Of a stretch of DNA of 35,420 nucleotides, positions 23,074-33,944 are shown one piece after another. Position 1 is the stretch's first letter; every line of letters begins with the position of its first letter. Source of the stretch: Chiloscyllium plagiosum (Eukaryota); assembly GCF_004010195.1 (NCBI RefSeq), contig NC_057752.1, positions 14,255,474 through 14,290,893 on the forward strand, given 5' to 3'. Made by a program: the position numbers and the translations under genes. The notes beneath the pieces were generated by a model. The model ran no database searches, was not told the origin of the DNA, and saw only the letters and a list, made by a program, of their open reading frames with translations.

Positions 23074-23660
23074 TCCTATGGACCAGACCAAACTCCGTAC
23101 AAAGATATCAAGGAGTCAAGTGTGAGGTGTGTTCCAGATGTAATTCGATTGGTTACAGTACTTGGCTTGAGGCAAGACACACTTTATTCTTAACCTACTG
23201 TTAAAATCCAAGCAAAAGAAAGAAGGATTGATCTAACTTTGACTCTACTGGGAAACTTAACCGAATAATTGATTATTTATCAACTAAACAGTAACTGTTG
23301 CAATGTAATAACATCTCATTAACACATCCTTGGCAAAGGCAAAGATCTTAACATAGATGGCCTCACAAGCAATTCTCAAAGTAGGGAGAACTCCAGCTTT
23401 TAGCTGTAACAGAGGGAAAGAGAGAGAGAGAGACAGCGTCCACAGCCATCTTCAAATGCCCAACAATTGAATACTAAACTAAAACTCAGTTCTATTGGAG
23501 CCTGACTCCACCCAGTCAGGCTGCTTCTATTGTTCCAACTTTTAAAAAAATCCAAGGCCTCACAAGCTGTTTACTTTATTAGCTTGGAAGAGAGAGCTCA
23601 CCACCTCCAGCTCGAATCCTCTCTTTAAAATACACCTCTTAAGGCCACAGTATCGTCACA
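23074..23660 (-). mobile_element. Solo LTR (587 bp)
   Basis: Minus strand starts TGTGACG and ends ccatagga (decayed ...CA); AATAAA at 23183-23188 (minus); 5 bp TSD attac/actac with one mismatch. Confidence 0.65.
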
Positions 23661-23684
23661 ACTACCTGCACCCTCCATTTTCCA

Positions 23685-23880
23685 CCACAGAAGATTGTGG
23701 AGGCCAAGTCACTAAATATATTCAAGAAAAAGATCGCTAATTATTTGGCTTTTAAAGGTATCAAGAGATAGGAGGTGAAAGCAGGAAGATGGTGCTGTGA
23801 TACAAGATCAGCCATGATCGGATTGAATAACAGAGCAGACCCGAAGGGCCGACTGGCAAATCCTGCTCCCAGTTTCCATG
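23685..23880 (+). mobile_element. CR1 3' end
   Basis: ccacagaagattgtggaggccaagtca...gatcagccatgatc. Confidence 0.8.
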
Positions 23881-24162
23881 GCGTTGGATCGCCTGGAACT
23901 GGGACCTGAGGCTCTACAGATCTCCAGCTGAGCTCTCTTCAACACAATGGAGTTAGTTAATCAAGATTGGCATTAGTATGGGTTCCAGCCCTTATCTTCA
24001 AAAGCACCCGAGCCCTGTCATGGTATTTACATTGAATGCGATTGTAGCTAATAAGAAAGAAGATTTTAGCACTCACTGACAAGGTCACTTCCAGGGAATG
24101 GCATGTTAGCTGTGCCAATTGCCACCGATGGAACTCTGCCAGCTTTTCAATGAAACTGTGTG

Positions 24163-24262
24163 ATTCCTGAAGAAGGGCTCATGCCCGAAACGTCGATTCT
24201 CCTGCTCCTTGGATGCTGCCTGACCTGCTGCGCTTTTCCAGCAACACATTTTCAGCTCTGAT
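24163..24262 (+). mobile_element. Penelope family A solo terminal repeat
   Basis: Near-identical to the arms of 15533-15744; starts at the hammerhead. Confidence 0.85.
24167..24194 (+). ncRNA. Minimal type-I hammerhead ribozyme motif, family A, fully intact core
   Basis: CTGAAGA-a-gggc-tcat-gccc-GAAA-c-GTC; ACGT palindrome at helix III, GUC cleavage triplet; helix I weak (attc/gatt). Confidence 0.75.
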
Positions 24263-24717
24263 TCATGGGTGCCCCTTCATATGTTTGCAGTAGTTAGCAG
24301 GCCTGGAGACAGTGTCCAGCCAAATCTGGCAAGAAAGGGAAATCTCTCCCTCTTTCTCCTCGGCATTCCTGCATCTTATCACACAGCACGAAGAGGGATG
24401 CTGCTTCAAATCAACAGAGCTCTGTTTATGAGGGCTATTTTAATCAAGGTTATTACTGCTGTGTCTGGCAAATAGCTCAAGGGGTAATGCTTTCTTTTTC
24501 GTTTTGAGGAACAAAGCTGTTGTTTTTCTTTTTGAACACCCAAATCGTTCAAAGAATCTCAGGTTGTTTATGTGCGCTGTCAGCAACACAAGAAATAACA
24601 TTCTCCACTTCTCCACCACATCCCTTCCCCGGAGCAAATGTCTCTCCTGTGAAAACAATGCCCTTTGAAAACTCAGTGCCCGACGCTGCTCAGTGGGCAG
24701 AACCAGCTGGCATTTTT

Positions 24718-24952
24718 GTATTCCTTCGTGGGATGTGGGTGTCACTGGCTGGGCCCAGTATTTATTGCCCCGTCCCTAGTTACCCCCTTGAGAAGGTGGG
24801 GGTGAGCTGCCATCTTGAACCGCTGCAGTCCATGTGCTGTGGGTTGACCCACAATACCCTGAGGGTGGGAATTCCAGGATTTTGACCCAGTGACACTGAA
24901 AGAACGGTGATATTTTTCCAAGTCAGGACGGTGAGGGGCTTGCAAGGGAACA
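24718..24952 (-). mobile_element. Second LINE family 3' end
   Basis: Reverse complement of about 3760-3975. Confidence 0.85.
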
Positions 24953-25294
24953 TAAAGTCACAGAGAGAGTCATAGAATATGTACAGCCCAGAAAGAGGCC
25001 CTTTGGCCCATCGTATCTGTGCCAGTCCTCAGACATCTTTCTATTCTAATCCCAGTTTCCAGCACTTGGCCCATAGCCTTGTATACTATCACATTTGAAG
25101 CATTTATCTAAGTAGTTCTTCAACTTTATGAGGATGCCTGCTTCTGCAACCCTTACAGACTGTGAGTTCCACATTCCCACCACCCTCTGGGTGAAAAACT
25201 GTTTCTTCAAATCCCCCTCTCAACCACCTGAAAACTGTGCCCCCGATCCCTTGACTAAGGGTAAATGCTTCTTCCTATCTGACTTATTTAGATA

Positions 25295-25402
25295 TTTTCC
25301 TAATCATCCTGTTCAGAGATATTATTACACAGCCTGAAGCTGATGGGACTTGAATTGAGATATCCTAGCCCAGAGGTAGGGCCATTACCACTGCACTACA
25401 AG
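25295..25402 (-). mobile_element. Short tRNA-like SINE (family 3)
   Basis: Reverse complement gtagtgcagtggtaatggccctacctct...ttcaagtccc...atctctgaacag matches 17615-17852. Confidence 0.55.
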
Positions 25403-26261
25403 ATCCCTGATCTACCTTACCTATGCCCATCATAATTTTGTACATCTCCATCAGGTTCCCCCTCAGCCTTCTCTGCTCTCAGGAAAACAACCCCAGTCTA
25501 TGAGTTTCTCTTCAGCGTTGAAATGCTCCATCCCAGGCAACGTCCTGGTGAATCTCCTCTGCACTCCCTCCAGTACATCCCATTCTCCCGATAGTGTGGG
25601 GACCAGAACTGCATACAGTACTCCAACTGGGGCCTAACCTGTATAGCTCCAACATCACCTCCCTGCTCTTCTATTCAATGTCTTGGCTAATAAAGAGTAT
25701 CCCATATGCCTTTTTAACCACCTTACCTACCTGTCCTGCTGTCTTCAGCGATCTATGGACACATACACCAAGGTCCCTCTGATCCTCTGTACGTCCTACA
25801 GCCCCACCATTCAATGTGTTTTCCCTTATGTTGCTAGTCCTCCCAAAATACATCGCCTCACACTTTTCAGGATGAAATTCCTGAATTTGGACCATATCCT
25901 GAATTTGTCTATATTGACTTTCGTGGCATTCTTCTTCACTGTTTTCCACATCATCAATTTTCATGTCATCTGCCATCATACCTCTTACATCCATGTGTAG
26001 ATCATTAACGTACATAACAACAGCAAGGGACCCAGCTCCAAACCCTGTCGTACACCACTAGTCACAGGCTTCCAGTCACAAAAGCAACCTCCATACTTCA
26101 CTTGCTGCTACAAAGACAATTTTGGGCCCAAATTGCTAAAGTGTCCTATATCCCAAGGGTTCTTATTTTCACAACCAATCTGCCATGTCCGACCTTATCA
26201 AATGCCTTAACAAAGTCCATGTGGACTATATTAAGCACTCTATTCTCATCTACGGGATGAA

Positions 26262-26595
26262 GGTAGGGTGGCTCAGTGGTTAGCATTGCTCTCTCACAGC
26301 ACCAGGGACCTGGGTTCGATTCCAGACTCAGGCGACTGTGTGTGTGGAGTTTGCACATTCTCCCCGTGTCTGTGTGGGTTTCCTCCGGGTGCTGCAGTTT
26401 CCTCCCACAGTCCAAAGATGTGCAGGTTAAGGTAGATTGACCATGCTAAATTCCCTATTGTGTCCAGGGATGTGCAGACTTAGTGGGTTAATCATGGGAA
26501 ATGTTGGGCTATGGGGATAGGGTGGGATGACCTTTAGAAGGTTGGCACAGACTCAATGGGCCAAATGGCCTCTATCTGCATAGTAAGGATTCTAA
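26262..26595 (+). mobile_element. HE1-like SINE inside CR1
   Basis: ggtggctcagtggttagc head, ggttcgattcc B-box, core. Confidence 0.92.
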
Positions 26596-27504
26596 TATAC
26601 ACCTAGTTACCTCCTCAAAAAGTTCAATCAAGTTTGTTCGACATGATCTCCTGCTGACAAAGTCATACTGACTAGCTTTGCCTCTCCAAGCCAAGATTAA
26701 TTCTGTCTTTTCGAAGTTTTTTCTCATTGTTTAACTAGCACTGAGGTTAGACTCACTAGTTTGTAGTTTCCTGGTTTATTCCTAACATCCTTCTTAAATA
26801 TCAGTACCATAAAAGCAGTCCTCCAGTCCTCTGGCACCTCTCCTGTGGCCAGAGAGGATTTGAAAAAAATGTCTGAGCCCCTGCAGTCTCCTCTCTTACC
26901 TCCTGCAGCACCCTGGGATACATCTCAGCTGGCCCTCGGGTATTTATCCACCACCAGCTCCAACCACTAAAAACTGCCCCCCACCCCACAACAATGCTAA
27001 TTTGTTCAAGTATATTACAGGCCTATTCCCAATCTCCAGACCAATATCATCCTTATCTACATCACCTACATCTTGCATGCACAGAATGCCACGTTAGTCC
27101 CTCAAGGGCCCTACTCTTTCCTTGGATATACTCTTGCAACTAATATACTTAGAAAATGCCTTTGGAGTTTCTTTCACTTTACTCACCAGTGATTTTTTTT
27201 AATGCCCTCTAATTTCTTCTTTGAGTATCTTTCCACACGTCTCTAAGAGTTCTGGTGTTCTGAGATGTTGGTCTCTACCATAAACTTCTACCCATTCCTG
27301 TAACTCCTTTGACACCCAGGGTTTTCTGGAATTGTTGGTCCCTCCCTTCATCTTTAGAGAAACACATTGGCCCTGTGCTCTCAATACCACCCTTTCGAGT
27401 CTCTCCCACTGCTCTAATGTGGATTTCCCTGCAAGTAGCTGTCCACATTGGCCAATTCTTAGCTTATATTAAAGTCAACCTTCTCCCTTATTTCGACCTT
27501 TACA

Positions 27505-27628
27505 GTCCTGATGAAGGACTTATGCCCAAAACGTCGATTTTCCTGCTTCTCAGATGCTGCCTGACTGGCTGCGCTTTTCCAGCAACTCAGTTTCGACTCT
27601 GATCTCCAGCATCTGTGGTTGTCACTTC
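27505..27628 (+). mobile_element. Penelope family A terminal repeat with inactivated hammerhead (27508-27535)
   Basis: CTGATGA-a-ggac-ttat-gccc-AAAA-cgtc. Confidence 0.8.
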
Positions 27629-28101
27629 CGCTTTTAACATCCTGTCTATTTTTATCCTTTTCCACAATGAAGTTAAATCCAACTGACTTATGGTCACTAT
27701 TACTGAAATGCTCCCCAACTCTCATATCTGCCACTTGCTTGGCTTTGTTCCCTATAATTAGGTCCAACACTGCCCCTTTTGTGGGCCAGGGTTTATCATC
27801 CTTGCTGCCACTTCCTCTGGAATAGCAAGGCACAGTGTTGGCAGAGACCGTGAGTGTCCCGAGAACTATGCAACCGCTTGGGGTAAGGGTAACACTGACT
27901 TAGAGAAGGGTGGCAGATAGGAAGATGGCTAAGATGTCTGGCTTGGTGTTTAAACAGCGATAAGTTTCGGAGTGTGCACCTGCATGTGTCAGGGAGTACC
28001 AGCTGTGCCATCTATGTGCCTTGGGAATCATTAAGTTTGTGGATACAGTCCGATTATGTGCAGGGTAACACCAGACCGGGCACACAGCTGGGGTTCAAAG
28101 G

Positions 28102-28601
28102 NNNNNNNNNNNNNNNNNNNNNNNNNNNNNNNNNNNNNNNNNNNNNNNNNNNNNNNNNNNNNNNNNNNNNNNNNNNNNNNNNNNNNNNNNNNNNNNNNNN
28201 NNNNNNNNNNNNNNNNNNNNNNNNNNNNNNNNNNNNNNNNNNNNNNNNNNNNNNNNNNNNNNNNNNNNNNNNNNNNNNNNNNNNNNNNNNNNNNNNNNNN
28301 NNNNNNNNNNNNNNNNNNNNNNNNNNNNNNNNNNNNNNNNNNNNNNNNNNNNNNNNNNNNNNNNNNNNNNNNNNNNNNNNNNNNNNNNNNNNNNNNNNNN
28401 NNNNNNNNNNNNNNNNNNNNNNNNNNNNNNNNNNNNNNNNNNNNNNNNNNNNNNNNNNNNNNNNNNNNNNNNNNNNNNNNNNNNNNNNNNNNNNNNNNNN
28501 NNNNNNNNNNNNNNNNNNNNNNNNNNNNNNNNNNNNNNNNNNNNNNNNNNNNNNNNNNNNNNNNNNNNNNNNNNNNNNNNNNNNNNNNNNNNNNNNNNNN
28601 N
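28102..28601. other. Assembly gap (500 N)
   Basis: Run of N. Confidence 1.
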
Positions 28602-28674
28602 TTCTCCAGCTCTGGGGAAAGAGTGGCCTGAACTGGGTAGTACTGTCAAAGTCCCGGCAGAGGGCTGAATGACC

Positions 28675-28850
28675 TCCTGTCGCGTTGTACGAATGGCTGG
28701 GAGGAAACCACTTCTCCTTCGATGCCGCCAGCTTCCAAACATTCCCGTCTCTGCCCGCGCCACTTCCGCCCGGTAACAGGAAAGGTCGACTCGTTGGGGA
28801 AAGGGAAGTGGTCACACTTCCAAATATGCTGTCCCCCCCCCCCCCCCCAA
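28675..28850. promoter_or_regulatory. Candidate CpG-rich promoter edge
   Basis: Local CpG density; ETS-like ccacttccg (28760-28768), gggaagtgg and cacttcc; adjacent to the gap. Confidence 0.4.
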
Positions 28851-28979
28851 CCCCCAACCACACCAGCTCCACTTTCGAACCGATGGGTCCCAAGTGCCAC
28901 ACAGTCTCTTACAATAATGCAAACACACATTGGCATTTTGAGGCAAAAGTGAGATTTCTTACCTGCATCGCTAAGGAAC

Positions 28980-29142
28980 ACTATAATGTCAAGACCTTCA
29001 TTCCTCTATTTTTGTACCTAATCTATATTTGTGCCAAAGATTTGCAATGAGGTCCTTTGTCCTGAAGATGGCACTGTGTATGGGGACCTTTCACTGTACT
29101 CCTGAGTACAGGTGACAATGAAACAAAATTCTAATTCTAACT
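28980..29142 (+). mobile_element. Element ending in a Rex1-type tail
   Basis: tttcactgtactcctgagtacaggtgacaat followed by (attcta)n; 5' boundary uncertain. Confidence 0.55.
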
Positions 29143-29162
29143 CTGTCCCAACGACAGCTTGG

Positions 29163-29350
29163 CGAGAGTGTGGTGCTGGAAAAACACAGCCGGTCAGGCA
29201 GCATCTGAGGAGCAGGAGAGTTGACGTTTCGGGCAAAAGCCCGAATGATGAAACGTCGCTTCTCCTGCTCCTCGGATGCCGCCCGACCTGCTGTGCTTTG
29301 TCAGCACCACACTCTCGACTCTGACCTCCAGCGTCTGCAGTCCTCACTGC
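29163..29350. mobile_element. Palindromic Penelope family A element, centre deleted
   Basis: Inverted arms 29163-29242 and 29250-29350; both lack CTGANGA. Confidence 0.85.
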
Positions 29351-29594
29351 CTCCAACTGCACATTGTGCCACACTTCAGCAGCTCGGCCCCTCAGCTTCC
29401 CACGACAGCGGCTGCTTGCATTTACGTAGTGCCTTCAGAACAGTAAGGAGCTGCCGCAGCCGTTTCACAGGGGCTTTGTGTGACACTGAGCCACCTGAGG
29501 TGAAACGAGATTACCATTAAGATACAGAATTTCGTAGGACAGCATGTCCGACAACCAAGCAGAGAGGAGGCTCTGTTGGACTTGGTATTGTGCA

Positions 29595-29910
29595 ATAAGA
29601 CCCACACCATTCGGCCCATCGAGTCTGCTCCATCTGTCAATGAGGTCACGGCTGGTCTGATCATCCCCAACTCCACTCTCCTGCCTTTTCCCCATCACCC
29701 CTCCATTCCCCTTCCTGATTAAACATCTCTCTGTCTCAGCCACTGACCCAGCCCCGGACAGCCCTCTGTGGGAAAGAATTCCACAGACTCACTCCCCTCT
29801 GAGGGAAGAAATTCCTCCTCATCTCTGTCTGCAATGGGTGACCCCTTATTCTGGGATTGTACCCTCTGGTCCTAGACTCTCTCCCACAAGGGGAAACAAC
29901 CTCTCCACAT
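29595..29910 (-). mobile_element. CR1 3' end, next to a plus-strand endonuclease scrap (about 29525-29597)
   Basis: CR1-type 3'UTR; upstream plus strand reads QHVRQPSREEALLDLVLCN. Confidence 0.8.
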
Positions 29911-30054
29911 CAGAAAGAGAATTTTGGAATTGAGAGGTTGCCGGACTGATAGCCAATACAGGTCAGTGAACTGGGCCATGAGATCAAAATGGCAGAAAAT
30001 GCATGATGGGAGACTGGCCAGAAGCATAATGGAACTGTCAAGTTGGTTATACCA

Positions 30055-30672
30055 ATCTTAGCAGGATTTATACACTTAATGGTAAGGTCCGAGGGAGTGT
30101 TGCTGAACAAAGAGACCTTGGAGTGCAGGTTCATAGGTCCTTGAAAGTGGAGTCGCAGGTAGATAGGATAATGAAGGAGGCGTTTGGTATGCTTTCCTTT
30201 ATTGGTCAGAGTATTGAGTACAGGAGTTGAGAGGTCATGTTGCGGCTGTACAGGACGTTGGTTAGGCCACTGTTGGAATATTGTGTGCAATTCTGGTCTC
30301 CTTCCTATCGGAAAGATGTTGTGAAACCTGAAAGGGTTCAGAAAAGTTTTCCCCTGGGGTCGGGGAGTCCAGAACTAGAGGGGCATAGGTTTAGGGTGAG
30401 AGGGGAAAGATTTAAAAGGGACCTAAGGGGCAACATTTTCACGCAGAGGGTGGTACGTGTATGGAATGAGCTGCCAGAGGAAGTGGTGGAGGCTGGTACA
30501 ATTACAACATTTAAAAGGCATCTGGGTGGGTACATGAATAGGAAGGGTTTAGAGGGATTAGGGGCCCACATGCTGGCAAATGCAACTAGATTAATTTAGG
30601 ATATCTGGTCAGCATGGACGAGTTGGACTGAACGGTCTGTTTCAATGCTGTACATCTCCAGGACTCCATGAC
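30055..30672 (+). mobile_element. CR1 3' part with internal deletion near 30345
   Basis: LVRPLLEYCVQFWSP...ERVQK joined directly to FPLGSG...FRVRGERF. Confidence 0.92.
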
Positions 30673-31869
30673 ACTTAAGTCGAAAGGGGGTTAAAGCATG
30701 GATGAGGGTTTCAGTTGCTGCGAAGAGGAGACAGGCATGGGCATTAATGATGACAAATAATCTCGAAGGCCTTTTGAGAAAAAGCCAAATCTGTGTCCTT
30801 TGAAGCTAAGTGGACCCTGTGAAGCTCTCTTGTACCTGAGTGTAGAATCTCCGCACCTCATACTCTGCCGATCATAGAGCAAGCACCTCCTTTAACTGCG
30901 ATGACTCAAAACTGGCAAGGAACGAGGAAAGGAAAGTTGAAATGATCCTTCTTGTGAGTCATTCCTGTCAGGAAAGGTTTGAGGTCATGTTTAAAAGCTT
31001 AACCAACAACTGAATGGGTATAGCATAATGAAAGGTATATCATTCATATATTAATGTCATTTTTGGAATTTTGGGTGGGTATCAATTATTTCTGTGAAGA
31101 TTTGCTTCTTTTAAGGTCAGATAGTTCTTCTGGAACAGTGATTAAATCTAGTCTCTTGCCAGAAAGCATTGTCTGTCTCCCCCTGTGCCGTTAATGGAAA
31201 GTTGTTTGTATTGTTGGATTTATAACAGGTAGGGTAAACAGGCAAGGCCATTAGCTTTGCTTTTTAAGGTTCAGGTTTGGGTAAGTTTTGTCATCCAGTA
31301 CAGATGACACCAGAGCTGAGTTCAGAAGCTGGTTTAGTCGCTCAGTTGAAGTTTAAGAAACTTCCAAACCAGGACATTGGAACTCAGAAAGTTTAGGCCT
31401 GTCAGATTTGTGGAAACGTTCACCTTGGCAGATTTGGAAAGGACTCATTGACCGTCTGGAACAGACATGATGGGCTGAAGGGTCTCTTTCCATGTACTAA
31501 CTCGATGCTCCTGTGACTTGTCACCGCAGTCCAGCGCAAAGAAGCTTTCAGGAGTCTGTTAAATAGAAATTTTAAAAATTGAGGTAAGGGGACAATTTCT
31601 CTGAGCTTGGATAATGGAAGCGGGTTGGAACATCACGTGCTGTGTGATTATTATAATCGTCTTCTAAAGTATTTGTTTTTAAATATATTTTGTATAATAC
31701 ACTTCTGCTCTGTAGTTAAAGACATAGCTATGAAGCTGGAGAAATTGTTCTTCTCTCTGGAAGCAGAGATGGTGCATTGGAGGAGTCCCTGACAGAAATG
31801 AACATCAAGGGATACAGTGGTGGAATTGGACTCAATGGGGGAATGGCCTCTTTCTTCACCCTCAGGACT

Positions 31870-32260
31870 TTGAATAAATGATTTATTTGTAGTATGTATC
31901 GTGGGAGAAACAGTGAAAAGTGTTCTGTCGCTACAATCCGGCACCATTTGGAGGAATAAAAAAGAAAGCACTCAAACAGAGCTCATCTTCATCAGCTGGG
32001 GTCCCAAATACAGCTCTGGGATTTTTGCGAGGCCTGCGCTCCAGGCCTCCCACCATCAGGAGTCCTCGTTCCTTCATCCTCATCACCAGTTCCAGGGGTT
32101 CACGCCTCAGGCCTACAAAGCCAGGAGTCCCCGCTCCTGTCACCGCCAACGCCGTCCCAGCCTCCCCGCGAAGGTGAAGAAAAGACAGAAAAAAAGGCGA
32201 GAAGAAAGGATATGGCCGGCCTTGAGCGATGGGCCTACTGTGCCAGTGCTGCCATCTTGA
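31870..32260 (-). mobile_element. Non-autonomous element with caagatggc head and Rex1-type tail
   Basis: Minus strand begins caagatggcagc, has a GC-rich body, and ends acacttttcactgt...gatacat...aataaatcatttattca. Confidence 0.55.
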
Positions 32261-32319
32261 ATAGCCGGGCCCACTGTCCCCTCCGCTCTGCAGGCCTTTG
32301 CGATTGAACCAACCGAAAG

Positions 32320-32400
32320 AGGTTAGTCACCGCGTTGTTGCTAAGGGAGCTTGCTGTGTCCAAAATGGCTGCTGCATTGATCACATGACAGCAGAGACTG
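32320..32400 (+). promoter_or_regulatory. Candidate promoter motif cluster
   Basis: RFX-like gttgctaaggga (32337), YY1-like caaaatggctg (32361) and E/M-box tcacatgac (32381) within about 55 bp. Confidence 0.45.
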
Positions 32401-32944
32401 CCACTTCTCCAGGCCTTCACTGAAGCTGGGAAAGGTGTTGGTGGGGGGGGGGGGGGGGGGCGCCATACGAATGTAAATCTTTCCATTCACGTTTGCGAAA
32501 CAGCAATGCTCTGACCGACCATTGTTGGTTTGTATGCTGTTCAGTTATTTCAATCCAGTTTGTGTAAAATGGATCATTTAACTGCTCAGTCAGAAGGATT
32601 CATCTGAAGACTGCTCTGTTACACAAGGGCTAATAGGGGTGATGCATATTATCAACATAGCACTCAACTTGCATTTTCTTGTTACACGCTTGAAATTGAC
32701 ATGATCTTGGGAAGGAAAATCGACCTGGGCTTTTTTTTTTTCTGATGAGCTTTAACCCTTCATGTCATGTTTACCAGAGAGCTCCGCTTGTGTATTTTTA
32801 TCCCTTGGTAACATTATTTCCCTTTCCTTTGCATTTCTAAAGTCCTAGTGGAGGGCTGTGTGCATGTACAAAGACTTTGCCCAATTGACTGTACCTCATG
32901 TGTGAGTGTCGATCGTCAGCTCAGCTTCAAATGTCTTGAGCCAT

Positions 32945-33855
32945 AACTTTGAGTGTAGGAGTATGGGACGTCATGTTGAGGTTGTACAGGACATTGGTGA
33001 GGTCTCGTCTGGAGAACTGTGTCCAGTTCTGGTCGTCCTGTTACAGGGTTCAGAAGAGATTGACCAGGATGTTGCCGGGAATGAAGGGTTTAAGTTAAGT
33101 TCTGGTCGTCCTGTTACAGGAAGGAGATTATTAAGCTGGAGAGGGTTCAGAAGAGATTTACCAGGATGTTGCTGGGAATGAAGGGTTTAAGTTAAATGGA
33201 CAAGCTGGGATTTTTTTTCATTGCAGAGTAGGAAGTTGAGAGGTGACCCTGTAGTGGTTTACAAAATCATGAAGGGTATAAAGTGAATGGCAAGTGGGAG
33301 ATTACATTTTTAAGGTGAGGGTGGAAAGATTTAAAGAAGACATGAGGGGCAACGTTTTTACACAGAGAGTGGTTCCCGTGTGGAATGACCTTCCTGAGGA
33401 AGTGGTGGACGTGGGGACACTTACAATGTTTAAAAAGGTTAGATTCCCTACAGAGTGGAAACAGGCCCTTCGGCCCAACCAGTCCACACCGACCCTCTGA
33501 AGAGGAACCCACCCAGACCCATTCCCCTCTGACTAATGCACCTAACACTATAGGCAATTGAGCATGGCCAATTCACTCTAACCTGCACACCATTGGACTG
33601 TGGGAAGAAACCCACACAGACACGGGGAGAATGTGCAAACTCCATACAGACAGTTGCCCGAGGCTGGAATCGAACCCGGGACCCTGAGGCAGCAGTGCTA
33701 ACCACTGAGCCACCGAAAGACATTTAGATAAGTACATGAATAGGAAAGGTTCGGAGAGATAGGGGCCAGGAGCAGGCAGGTGGGACTAGATTAGTTTGGG
33801 ATTATGGTCGGCATGGACTGGTTGGGCCGAAGGGTCTGTTTCTGCGCTCTATGAC
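32945..33855 (+). mobile_element. CR1 3' part with internal duplication and SINE insertion
   Basis: FKVRVERFKEDMRGNVFTQRVVPVWNDLPEEVV; resumes after 33715. Confidence 0.9.
33438..33715 (-). mobile_element. HE1-like SINE
   Basis: Head, core and tail on the minus strand. Confidence 0.92.
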
Positions 33856-33944
33856 GAGATGACTTTATCATGGCCTTCCCTTCATTTTCCCCTGATTTAG
33901 CCCCATCCCTCATCTGATGAAAACAATCCGTGGCCACGTTCTGC

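Larger units (their letters stand above)
24965..27792 (-). mobile_element. Long decayed CR1 LINE (endonuclease end through RT to 3'UTR) with three nested insertions
   Basis: LDLIIGN...VGEHFSNSDH (about 27690-27770), VHMDFVKAFDKVGHG (about 26180-26225), MADDMKI, DQRDLGVCVH, 3'UTR near 24970. Confidence 0.9.

Noticed and set aside
27974..28902. Long ORFs across this region
   Set aside because: Artefacts of translating the 500 N gap.
28958..28966. Minus-strand donor cag|gtaag
   Set aside because: The upstream sequence belongs to a Rex1-tailed repeat and no matching acceptor or ORF is evident.
30898..31435. Possible LTR fragment
   Set aside because: No termini or TSD that I can support.
31901..32260. 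Basic ORF with NLS-like KKRQKKRR
   Set aside because: Antisense of the pyrimidine tract of a repeat element; no homology recognised.
33914..33935. CTGATGA as another hammerhead
   Set aside because: No helix II followed by GAAA.
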